Assembly: GCA_035403785.1 (NCBI GenBank)
Contig: DAONFW010000002.1
Coordinates: forward strand, 12,676 to 76,675
Length of the DNA stretch: 64,000 bases
Reading direction: 5' to 3'
From: Minisyncoccota bacterium
Lineage (GTDB): Bacteria; Patescibacteriota; Minisyncoccia; Phycocordibacterales; UBA9973
Within the stretch, counting starts at the first letter, position 1. Every line of letters begins with the position of its first letter. Of this stretch, positions 49,381-57,048 are shown piece by piece. Under the pieces are notes generated by a model. It saw nothing but the letters and a program-made list of their open reading frames with translations, made no database searches and was not told the DNA's origin. Both the position numbers and the translations under genes were made by a program.

Positions 49381-49605
49381 ATGGAAGATAAAAATGATGA
49401 AAGTCTCGACAAGATTCCTCCAACGTTTTCGAAAGAAGATAAGTTGTTGGTAGGATTTTTTTTGGTGGCAACTATTTGTTTAGCTTTTGCTCCCACGATT
49501 TCTTCTTTTTCCCATGTTTTTGCCATTATAGTAGGAACCATTGGGGTAATTTGTGGCGTGTTGTGTTTTTTGTTAATCACAAAAGATTATTGGTTGCGTA
49601 AGTAG
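49381..49605 (+). CDS. Hypothetical small membrane protein
   Basis: 74 aa, two TM segments. No family recognised. Confidence 0.3.
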   Translation: MEDKNDESLDKIPPTFSKEDKLLVGFFLVATICLAFAPTISSFSHVFAIIVGTIGVICGVLCFLLITKDYWLRK

Positions 49606-49631
49606 TTTTTTTAAAATAAGGAGGGATACTT

Positions 49632-49847
49632 ATGAAAATAAAAATAAGTAAGCAAGTTGGAAATAAAGAAAAGTTTCAACTTGAAGAAAAACTTTTTTCT
49701 TTGTACGACCAGCGTTCCTCTTTGAGAAGGAAGATGAGAAGGGCAAAAGATAAATGCTGTTTCAAAAACAAACTAAAAAAAGTAAACAGTCAGATTCAAA
49801 ATCTGACCAAAAAAATTTTAATTCTTTCGACAACAAAAGCCGACTAA
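49632..49847 (+). CDS. Hypothetical small basic protein
   Basis: 71 aa, Lys/Arg-rich. Strong RBS AAGGAGGG 6 nt upstream of the ATG. Followed by a canonical terminator. Confidence 0.4.
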   Translation: MKIKISKQVGNKEKFQLEEKLFSLYDQRSSLRRKMRRAKDKCCFKNKLKKVNSQIQNLTKKILILSTTKAD

Positions 49848-49860
49848 TGTCGGCTTTTGT
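49834..49860 (+). terminator. Rho-independent terminator
   Basis: CAAAAGCCGAC-TAAT-GTCGGCTTTTG followed by TTATTTG. Confidence 0.6.
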
Positions 49861-49865
49861 TATTT

Positions 49866-49968
49866 GTGAGCCTTCTCGAGATAGAACCAATGCGATTCCT
49901 TACCCCGTAATGTTATTTTTAATGTTTTCAGTATAACATTTTGACCCTTCTCGTGAGATTGTAAAAAC
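49866..49968. repeat. Repeat copy A (~103 bp) of a two-copy element flanking the HD-hydrolase gene
   Basis: GTGAGCCTTCTCGAGATAGAACCA...TTTTCAG...GACCCTTCTCGTGAGATTGTAAAAACC. It contains two palindromic TCTCGNGAGA motifs (49874-49881, 49949-49958) and aligns at roughly 70% identity with copy B at 50688-50792. Confidence 0.6.
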
Positions 49969-49970
49969 CA

Positions 49971-50621
49971 TTATTGACAATCCCATTCCTTTTTAAATTT
50001 ATTTAAAAACAACTCCATAAATTCATGCCTTTCTTTAGCTATTTCTTTAGCTGTATCTGTATGCATTAAATCTTTTAATAAAAGTAGTTTTTCATAAAAA
50101 TGATTAATCGTAGTGCTTTTGTTGTTTTTATATTGTTCAGATGTTGTATGAAATTCTGGTTTAATATCAGGATTATATATTTCTCTATTTTTGCTTCCTC
50201 CGTAGGCAAATGCTCGTGCAATACCTATTGCACCGATAGCATCAAGTCTATCAGCATCTTGTAATATCTTACCCTCTAGTGTATTTATTTTATTTTCTAC
50301 ACCAGCCCCCTTGAAAGAACTATTAGCAATAATCTCACACACTTGATCAATTATTTCTTTATCAACAGATAGAGACTCAAGCCAATCTCTAGAGATTTTT
50401 GACCCAATTTCTTCATCACCATCATTAAACTTCCAATCAGCAATATCATGAAGAAGAGCAGATAATTCGACAACAAAAGAATTTGCTTTTTCTTTTTCTG
50501 CTATATTTTTTGCATTTTTCCATACTCTATAAACATGCCACCAATCATGACCAGTTCCTTCACCAGATAATTTCGATTTTGTGTATTCAATAGTCTTTTG
50601 TATTATTTCTTCTTTATTCAT
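49971..50621 (-). CDS. HD-domain metal-dependent phosphohydrolase
   Basis: 216 aa. H...HD...D pattern (GHDWWHVYRV ... LLHDIAD ... LQDADRLDAIGA). Confidence 0.75.
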   Translation of the reverse strand: MNKEEIIQKTIEYTKSKLSGEGTGHDWWHVYRVWKNAKNIAEKEKANSFVVELSALLHDIADWKFNDGDEEIGSKISRDWLESLSVDKEIIDQVCEIIANSSFKGAGVENKINTLEGKILQDADRLDAIGAIGIARAFAYGGSKNREIYNPDIKPEFHTTSEQYKNNKSTTINHFYEKLLLLKDLMHTDTAKEIAKERHEFMELFLNKFKKEWDCQ

Positions 50622-50635
50622 AATTTAATTGTATC

Positions 50636-50663
50636 ACTAAAACTCCCAAATTGGGAGTTTTTA
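50636..50663. other. Hairpin with plus-strand T-run inside the minus-strand HD gene leader
   Basis: AAAACTCCCAA-AT-TTGGGAGTTTTT. It reads as a plus-strand terminator although no plus-strand gene precedes it. Confidence 0.4.
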
Positions 50664-50687
50664 TGCTTCTCGTGCTAGCTCTAAAAG

Positions 50688-50792
50688 GTGAGCCCAGTCG
50701 AGATGCGACCATACGGTTCATTACCCTATAAGGTTTATTCCAAATCCTTAACATTTTCAGAACGACCCTTCTCGGGAGACTATAAAAAGTGA
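50688..50792. repeat. Repeat copy B (~105 bp)
   Basis: GTGAGCCCAGTCGAGATGCGACCA...TTTTCAG AACGACCCTTCTCGGGAGACTATAAAAAGTG. TCTCGGGAGA lies at 50770-50779. A related fragment, TGCTTCTCGTGC, lies at 50664-50675. Confidence 0.6.
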
Positions 50793-50869
50793 CAAAAGTG
50801 ACACAGAATAGCATGTAAATGTTACAGATAGTTATAACATTCCTTTTAATAATAAGGTTATAAAAACCC

Positions 50870-50897
50870 TTGACTTTTCTACAAAAAGTTTTATACT
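50870..50897 (+). promoter_or_regulatory. Near-consensus sigma70-type promoter upstream of the 51017 gene
   Basis: TTGACT-N16-TATACT read directly, about 120 bp upstream of the ATG. Confidence 0.4.
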
Positions 50898-51016
50898 ATA
50901 TACCATAAAATGTTCCTTAAAATATGGATTTTTAAGTAGTTAAATTGTTTATTTAAGCTTCTATTAATCAGGAAGTTTTAATAAACAATTTAATATTTAT
51001 CTTAAAAACTCCAGAA

Positions 51017-52183
51017 ATGAAAACAATTGATTTAAGCATTGACGACCTAAGAAATATGGTCGATGTACTATCTTCCCCGGAAGAAAAACTTCGTTTTTTA
51101 AGATCACTTTCTAAAACTAGCAACACTGCTGTCTTAGACTTAATCCTTGAACTCGACGAAGATCCCGGTACTGACACTTTGGAAAAAGGGCTGAAATTAG
51201 CTCTTAAGAAAAAAGATCAGGATTCAATTCTCAAATACGGCAGAAAAGCTATTGACTACTACATCGAAAATAATTTTTCCATTCTTCTCCCTGAGCAATT
51301 ACGTAAGTGGAAAAATGAAAAATTAACAGAGTATGCTGTAAGTAAATTCCCCCAATCTCAGACCCGGGATCACCTTTCAGAAGCAGTTGATTTTTATGAG
51401 AGAATGAAAATTGAAAATGATTCCTCAAAAAAGTTAACCGAAAAACTATTGGCCATGGAAATTCGTGATTCCCAGTATCCCTTTACTGCCTGCAAAATTT
51501 TAATGAAATTAGGCAGACATACCGAAGCAATTAAGCATTATCTTAAAATTGGTGAACCTTATTGTTTAAGAGATGCATGGAATATTGCCAGGGAGCATGT
51601 ACCTGAAATGAAAATAGGGATCGCCGAAAAAATTTGGAAAATGGGTGTTACAGAAGATACGCCTCTGGTAGTCTTCGTTGAGTCGGCATTACTGTTGGGT
51701 TACTCCGAAAGAGCAATAATACTTTTAAAAAAGTATATCGCAGGCTTGAAACCAAATACCGGCAGATTTTTTATTGGGCTTGTTGAGGCACTCAAGATTC
51801 TCGACTTATCTTATGAAATAAACAAGGTACTCGATATTGCTCGTAAACACACAAATTCCATTCACTCGTTTCCGTGGGATGCTTATAAAGAAATGGTTCA
51901 ATTGTGTGATGTTGCTGGAAAGGAAGAAGAAAGCAAACAGTGGATGATTACTAGGTTGAAGTATGAAATTGCTGAAACCAACCCTACTAATGTGCCGAGC
52001 ACGATTGCTGAATATGAAGAAAAAACTGGCGACAAATCACTTCGCATTCTGCTTTTCCCGCATTTTGAAAAACAACAAATGTATGGAGAAGCCGAAAAAC
52101 TTGCAGTTGAATTCGGTATGCCAGAAAAAGCTGAAAAGTATGCCAAGCTTGCTCAATTGTTTGTATCATCACACGTGAAATAA
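51017..52183 (+). CDS. Hypothetical all-helical protein of visibly higher GC content and different codon usage than its neighbours (probably horizontally acquired)
   Basis: 388 aa. Frequent CCC/CCG/CTC/TCC/GGC codons that are rare elsewhere in the window. No recognisable catalytic motif. Confidence 0.5.
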   Translation: MKTIDLSIDDLRNMVDVLSSPEEKLRFLRSLSKTSNTAVLDLILELDEDPGTDTLEKGLKLALKKKDQDSILKYGRKAIDYYIENNFSILLPEQLRKWKNEKLTEYAVSKFPQSQTRDHLSEAVDFYERMKIENDSSKKLTEKLLAMEIRDSQYPFTACKILMKLGRHTEAIKHYLKIGEPYCLRDAWNIAREHVPEMKIGIAEKIWKMGVTEDTPLVVFVESALLLGYSERAIILLKKYIAGLKPNTGRFFIGLVEALKILDLSYEINKVLDIARKHTNSIHSFPWDAYKEMVQLCDVAGKEEESKQWMITRLKYEIAETNPTNVPSTIAEYEEKTGDKSLRILLFPHFEKQQMYGEAEKLAVEFGMPEKAEKYAKLAQLFVSSHVK

Positions 52184-52206
52184 TCACAAGTGGTAATTAA
52201 AGCATT

Positions 52207-52241
52207 CAAGCCGTTTCCTTTTGGGGACGGCTTGTTTTTTT
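52207..52241 (+). terminator. Strong rho-independent terminator
   Basis: CAAGCCGTTTCC-TTTTGGGG-ACGGCTTG followed by T7. Confidence 0.65.
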
Positions 52242-52333
52242 ATCAGAAACATTAAAAATCTAGCTAAGATATTATAAAAGTTACCAACACTTTAAGGCTT
52301 AGCAAAAGACTAAATCTCTGACATTATTAAGAT

Positions 52334-52492
52334 ATGGAAACAAGCACAATTGGTAGAATTCATAGTCCATTATTAATAACGGAAACAAGAATTAGGTACT
52401 GTTTATATGCTCGTAAATCGACCGAATCCGACGAGCAACAAGCATTATCAATAGATTCTCAAGTTAAGGAAGGAAGCGAGTTTTCAGAATGA
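52334..52492 (+). pseudogene. N-terminal remnant (52 codons) of a serine recombinase (resolvase/integrase) gene
   Basis: Translation METSTIGRIHSPLLITETRIRYCLYARKSTESDEQQALSIDSQVKEGSEFSE* contains the serine-recombinase active-site pattern Y-x-R-x-S-T-(x)-Q...S-x-x-x-Q. It is truncated after about 50 aa by a TGA inside a 13-bp hairpin. Confidence 0.45.
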
Positions 52493-52504
52493 AAACTCGC
52501 TTCC
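52472..52504 (+). terminator. Hairpin terminating the recombinase remnant
   Basis: GGAAGCGAGTTTT-CAGAATG-AAAACTCGCTTCC: a perfect 13-bp inverted repeat. Confidence 0.45.
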
Positions 52505-52535
52505 TATTTCTAATTTCCACAATCTCTCTTTAGGT

Positions 52536-52606
52536 GACCCTACCGGGAATCGAACCCGGATTACCGGCTTGAAAAGCCGATGTCCTAACCGTTAGACGAT
52601 AGGGCC
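52536..52606 (-). tRNA. tRNA-Glu(TTC)
   Basis: Reverse complement GGCCCTATCGTCTAACGGTTAGGACATCGGCTTTTCAAGCCGGTAATCCGGGTTCGATTCCCGGTAGGGTCA. Anticodon loop TTTTCAA. Confidence 0.8.
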
Positions 52607-52690
52607 AAATTTAGAACATAGATATAATAACATTTTTTTAATAAAATGCAAAAGTTTTTGAAAAATGATAGATTAAATAAAGGGTAAATA

Positions 52691-52713
52691 GAACGAAGTG
52701 GGGAGGCGTGGCT
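52691..52713 (+). repeat. Partial duplicate of the tRNA-Ser 5' end plus 11 bp of its upstream flank
   Basis: GAACGAAGTGGGGAGGCGTGGCT (52691-52713) versus GAACGAAGTGAGGAGGCGTGGCT (52826-52848). The second copy runs into the real tRNA-Ser, which starts at 52837. Confidence 0.45.
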
Positions 52714-52836
52714 ATGAAATATGAACTGCTTCATATTTCATCCGGTTTTGCAAAAGCAAAAATGTTTGATATTCTTTGGGGTGAAAACATAGGGAAGGGT
52801 CCGAAAGGGCACGAAGCAAGCTGGCGAACGAAGTGA

Positions 52837-52923
52837 GGAGGCGTGGCTGAGTGGTTGAAGGCACCGGTTTCGAAAACCGGCATTGGGGAAACCTAATCGT
52901 GAGTTCAAATCTCACCGCCTCCG
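52837..52923 (+). tRNA. tRNA-Ser(CGA)
   Basis: GGAGGCGTGGCTGAGTGGTTGAAGGCACCGGTTTCGAAAACCGGCATTGGGGAAACCTAATCGTGAGTTCAAATCTCACCGCCTCCG. Anticodon CGA, long variable arm. Confidence 0.85.
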
Positions 52924-52977
52924 CAAAATTGAATCGTTTACATATTAATAGAATAGTTTTAATATATTTAATATAAT

Positions 52978-53352
52978 ATGAGAATGGAAAATTTATTTAA
53001 TTTTAATAAGAAAAAAATAGATGCAGGAAGGCAGCTTAATTTAAATTTCACTGATTTAGAAAAAGACAAAGACGGTAAGACTATTTATGATTTTTTAGAA
53101 AAAGCTGGAATAAAAGAAGGGGATGAAGATTATAAAAAAATCTTAAATAATCTTTCTTTTAGAAATGGTTATTTTTATGTTGGGGATGTTTATATAAAAG
53201 AATATTTATATTGGAAAAAAGTTTACAGTGAAGACAAAAAAAAGCTTTCTGATTCAAGTGATAAATTTGGCGTTAAAAAAGTACCAAAAAAGAAAATAAA
53301 TAGACATCTTTCGGATAAAGAAAGAGATTTTTTGTACGGCCACTGGGACTAA
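52978..53352 (+). CDS. Hypothetical small protein
   Basis: 124 aa, Lys-rich. No recognisable domain. Confidence 0.35.
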   Translation: MRMENLFNFNKKKIDAGRQLNLNFTDLEKDKDGKTIYDFLEKAGIKEGDEDYKKILNNLSFRNGYFYVGDVYIKEYLYWKKVYSEDKKKLSDSSDKFGVKKVPKKKINRHLSDKERDFLYGHWD

Positions 53353-54320
53353 TTTCTTTTCTTTTTATTATATATTTCAGGTTCTGAAGACTTGTACACA
53401 ACAAAAGTAGATATTCCCAAGCTAGGATATCTCCCAACTTTCGTATCTTTAATTAGACTCATTGGAGCTATTTTGGGTTCCTTGTCTTTTTCATAACTGT
53501 AATTTTGCCCAATGTTTACATTTCCAACTCTTGCGCAATCTTTTTGTTTAAATCCCATATTGTATATCACTAAAAGTCTGTATATTTCTTGTCCCAAATT
53601 TCCAGTTGTGTGATTACCGGGAGTTGCTTGCATGTGCTTTTCATCTTTATTTTTATTTTGAGTTTCTTTTGGGGCTAAATATAATCCTGGTTCGTAAATT
53701 TTGTTTATTTCTTTTTTAACTTCTTGATCAAAAGTATTAATTTCAAATTTTGGGGTTACACCTTCTTTGTATAGAAGCGCCATTGCTGCGCCTGGAACCA
53801 TTGCTCCGCCATCTATAGAAACAGGGATGTAATAGGCGATATAATCACCAGATTCTAAAGCTTCTTTTATTGTTTTTCCTTCAATCATTGAAGGCTGGTT
53901 TAATTCTGCTTCTGTTGGAAATTCAATATTACCAAACTCTATATGCATTCCTTTTTCGTTTGATATAGAATCAAGTTTCTGTGCGCTGAAATAATTTTTT
54001 ACTTCGCCAAATGTTTCATGAAAAGTTGAGTCTAATTTTTCTGGAGATATTTTTTCAAATTTATTAATATCTTCCCAAGTCATTTCGTATACGTCTTGCC
54101 CTAGAATTTCTCTAGCTTCTTTTTCTGCTTGAGCCTCTGTTTGATATTTTTTTAATAAATCCTGATTTGGTTTTTCCGAAGATGCGAAAGAAGTTTGTCC
54201 AAAAGCTTCAGCTGTCCCAAAAGATAGCACTCCGCTTAGCAACATTTTAATCATAATGTTTTTTATATTATGACTTTTCTTTTCTGGGCTAATATTTTTT
54301 TCTTTGAAAAAATTAAACAT
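53349..54320 (-). CDS. Secreted hypothetical protein
   Basis: 323 aa. Signal peptide (MLLSGVLSFGTAEAFGQ). No recognisable catalytic motif. Confidence 0.4.
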   Translation of the reverse strand: MFNFFKEKNISPEKKSHNIKNIMIKMLLSGVLSFGTAEAFGQTSFASSEKPNQDLLKKYQTEAQAEKEAREILGQDVYEMTWEDINKFEKISPEKLDSTFHETFGEVKNYFSAQKLDSISNEKGMHIEFGNIEFPTEAELNQPSMIEGKTIKEALESGDYIAYYIPVSIDGGAMVPGAAMALLYKEGVTPKFEINTFDQEVKKEINKIYEPGLYLAPKETQNKNKDEKHMQATPGNHTTGNLGQEIYRLLVIYNMGFKQKDCARVGNVNIGQNYSYEKDKEPKIAPMSLIKDTKVGRYPSLGISTFVVYKSSEPEIYNKKKRN

Positions 54321-54330
54321 TTTTGTTTTG

Positions 54331-55275
54331 TTATTTAGTGTGTAAAGTTAAATAAATATCTTCCAACGCTTTTACCGCATCGCCAGCTGCGATGTTGTTT
54401 TGATGATATAGAATATTAGTGCAGTCTCCAGCAGCCCAAATGCCAGCTGTTTTTGTTTTGTTTGTCCAAGGATCTATTACTATTCTGCCAATTTTGTCTA
54501 ATTCAACTATATTTTTCACAAAATCAGTATTTGGAATCTGACCGATTTCTACAAAAATTCCAGATACTTTTAAGTTTATCTGCGCATTGTTAGTTTTATC
54601 GTTTAATACTATTCCATCTACAAATTTTTCTCCTATTATTTCTAAAATATCTACGTTTTTTATAATTTTAAATTTAGGATTTTTAGAAAGTTTTTCTATT
54701 GTTATTTGGTCGGCTCTGAATGTTTCACTTCTGTTTATCAAAGTTACAGAATTGCAATAGGCGAGTAGTTGCGCTGCAGATTCAAAAGCTGCATTTCCCC
54801 CTCCAATCACAGCTACATCCATATCAGAAAACATTGGGCCATCGCAAGTTGCGCAGTAGGTTAAGCCTTTGTGTTCTAGCTTATCAGCATTTTTTGCATC
54901 TAGCTTTCTGCGTTTACTTCCTGTTGCGATCAAAACAGTTTTTGTTTCAAAATTTTCTCCAGCTTCAGTTTTGATTAAAAAATTCTCTCCAGATTTTTCG
55001 ATATTATTTACCAATAAACCTTCTTGCACTTTCAGTGTATCGGTTTCTTTTGCATTACTTAAAACATGATTTTTTAAATCTTCTGCAAGTTTTGATCCAG
55101 CGATAGCAGCTGTGCCGATCCAATTATAAATAGTTTCAGAGACGATAGACTGTCCGCCAAATTCTGATGTTATAAATAAAGCTTTGAGTCTTTTGCGTGA
55201 AGCATAAACAGCCGCTGCTGAGCCAGCCGGTCCACCACCGATAATTATTAAATCGTAAATATTATTATTAGTCAT
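54331..55275 (-). CDS. trxB: Thioredoxin-disulfide reductase
   Basis: 314 aa. FAD motif IIGGGPAGSAAAVYA, redox-active CATC, NADPH motif AVIGGGNAAFE. Confidence 0.85.
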   Translation of the reverse strand: MTNNNIYDLIIIGGGPAGSAAAVYASRKRLKALFITSEFGGQSIVSETIYNWIGTAAIAGSKLAEDLKNHVLSNAKETDTLKVQEGLLVNNIEKSGENFLIKTEAGENFETKTVLIATGSKRRKLDAKNADKLEHKGLTYCATCDGPMFSDMDVAVIGGGNAAFESAAQLLAYCNSVTLINRSETFRADQITIEKLSKNPKFKIIKNVDILEIIGEKFVDGIVLNDKTNNAQINLKVSGIFVEIGQIPNTDFVKNIVELDKIGRIVIDPWTNKTKTAGIWAAGDCTNILYHQNNIAAGDAVKALEDIYLTLHTK

Positions 55276-55392
55276 GTTTTGTATTCTACCAAAAAAGTCA
55301 AATTAACTCCATTTACAGACTAGTTAATTCATGATAATCTATTATTGAAACTCTCTTGTGAAATATAGTTCATTAATCTAAATCTACAGACT

Positions 55393-55620
55393 ATGGAATG
55401 TGAACAGTATCAAATTATTGGTTTTCGTGAAGCTACCAAAGAAAAAATTATAAAGATATTTTCGAATGGATTAGGGGTAATGATTCTCGGGAGGAAACTT
55501 CCTGATGTATCAGGAATAATAGGAGAATTTTATCCTGTTTATGATAACGATGAAAAGACGATTATTTCTTTCTTTGGTAAGTCTAGCAGAACCGCAAAAG
55601 CTCGCCCATCTTATGGGTGA
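55393..55620 (+). CDS. Hypothetical small protein (doubtful)
   Basis: 75 aa. Its 3' end runs into the ftsZ terminator hairpin. Weak support. Confidence 0.2.
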   Translation: MECEQYQIIGFREATKEKIIKIFSNGLGVMILGRKLPDVSGIIGEFYPVYDNDEKTIISFFGKSSRTAKARPSYG

Positions 55621-55627
55621 GCTTTTT
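55597..55627. terminator. Bidirectional terminator after ftsZ
   Basis: AAGCTCGCCCA-TCTTA-TGGGTGAGCTT (11-bp stem with one G-U) flanked by AAAA and TTTTT. Confidence 0.55.
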
Positions 55628-55649
55628 AAGTTAGATAGAGATATAAATT

Positions 55650-56894
55650 TTATTTTTTATTTCTTCTCAAGAATGCTGGTACTGCACTCCAGTCGTCTGT
55701 GTCATCGTCTATTATGATCTCTTCTATTTCTGGTTTTTTATCTAGTTTTTTTAAGAAATCATTATTGCTATTATTGTTGCTATTTGTTTCAGTATTCTGT
55801 TTTGGAAGACTATTGTGAATTTCTTTTTTTATTGAAATTACACCTTCTTCTTTTTTGGTATTGTTATTTGATTGATTTACTGGATTTATAACATTACTGA
55901 ACAAATTCTTTTTTGATAGTTCTGCTGGATTAGCTGGATTGGTAGGGAAGCTGGTAGCAATAACAGTAACTTTTAATTCGCCTTTCTTTAATTTTTCATC
56001 ATGGATAGTTCCGAAGATTACTTTTGCGTCCTTGTCGATACTTTCGGTGATTATTTTTGCAGCTTCTTGAATTTCATGAATAGTGATATCGTCGCCACCT
56101 GAGATTGCAAACAAAACTCCTTTTGCTCCGTTTATTGAAACTTCTAGAAGAGGGGAATTGATTGCTTGCAAAGCAGCTTTTTCTGCACGTTTTTCTCCAG
56201 ATGCCGAACCTATTCCCATAAGGGCTGAACCAGCGTCTGACATGATAGCTTTGATATCCGCAAAGTCTACGTTGATTATACCGGGAGTTGTAATTAAATC
56301 AGAAATTCCTTCAACTGCTTGTCTCAAGACATCGTCACAGTTTGCAAAAGCATCTTTGAAATTTGTATTTTTGTCTGAAATTTGTAGTAATTTATCGTTT
56401 GGAATTACTATGATTGCGTCAACTTCTTTTGCTAAATTATCCAATCCATTTTCTGCAATTTTCATTCTGTGATTTCCTTCAAAGAAGAAAGGTTTTGTTA
56501 CGACAGCTACTGTTAGGATACCTTGTTCTTTTGATGCTTTCGCAATGATTGGAGCTGCTCCTGTTCCTGTTCCTCCTCCCATACCGCAAGCGATGAAGAC
56601 CATGTCCGAACCTTTTATTGTGTCTTGGATTTCTGCTTTTGTTTCTTCTGCGGCTTTACGTCCAATTTCTGGATTCATACCGGCACCAAGACCTTTAGTC
56701 AAATTTTTTCCGATGTGTATTTTTTTCTCTGCCAAAGAATGATGTAAATCTTGAGTATCAGTATTCATACAGATAAACTCAACACCTTTCACTTTACTTG
56801 AGATCATGTGGTTAAGTGCGTTCTTTCCGGAACCTCCAATTCCGATTACTTTAATACGAGCGAATGTTTCTATTTCTGGATTTAATTTTGGCAT
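55650..56894 (-). CDS. ftsZ: Cell-division GTPase FtsZ
   Basis: 414 aa. IKVIGIGGSGKNALNHM, tubulin signature GGGTGTGAAP, T7 loop region. Asn/Ser-rich disordered C-terminal linker. Confidence 0.95.
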   Translation of the reverse strand: MPKLNPEIETFARIKVIGIGGSGKNALNHMISSKVKGVEFICMNTDTQDLHHSLAEKKIHIGKNLTKGLGAGMNPEIGRKAAEETKAEIQDTIKGSDMVFIACGMGGGTGTGAAPIIAKASKEQGILTVAVVTKPFFFEGNHRMKIAENGLDNLAKEVDAIIVIPNDKLLQISDKNTNFKDAFANCDDVLRQAVEGISDLITTPGIINVDFADIKAIMSDAGSALMGIGSASGEKRAEKAALQAINSPLLEVSINGAKGVLFAISGGDDITIHEIQEAAKIITESIDKDAKVIFGTIHDEKLKKGELKVTVIATSFPTNPANPAELSKKNLFSNVINPVNQSNNNTKKEEGVISIKKEIHNSLPKQNTETNSNNNSNNDFLKKLDKKPEIEEIIIDDDTDDWSAVPAFLRRNKK

Positions 56895-57048
56895 AATATT
56901 TTTTGGTTCACTTTTTAATTTTGATAGTGAACTCTGTTATTTTTAATAAAAATTTTAAATTAATATACTCCTTATAATAGCAGAAAATAAAAAAAAGCAA
57001 AATCCTTGCTTTTTTCTAAAAAGTGTATCTTTATAACGTGCTAATAAT

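Noticed and set aside
50614-50814. 66-aa minus ORF upstream of the HD gene
   Set aside because: It coincides with repeat copy B and the leader hairpin, and has no RBS. More likely non-coding.
51898-52187. Minus-strand ORFs (82 and 66 aa) and plus ORF 51963-52178
   Set aside because: Embedded or antisense within the 388-aa higher-GC ORF, which has a consistent frame, promoter and terminator.
52712-52915. 67-aa minus-strand ORF
   Set aside because: It runs antisense through tRNA-Ser and the tRNA-Ser partial duplicate, so it is not coding.
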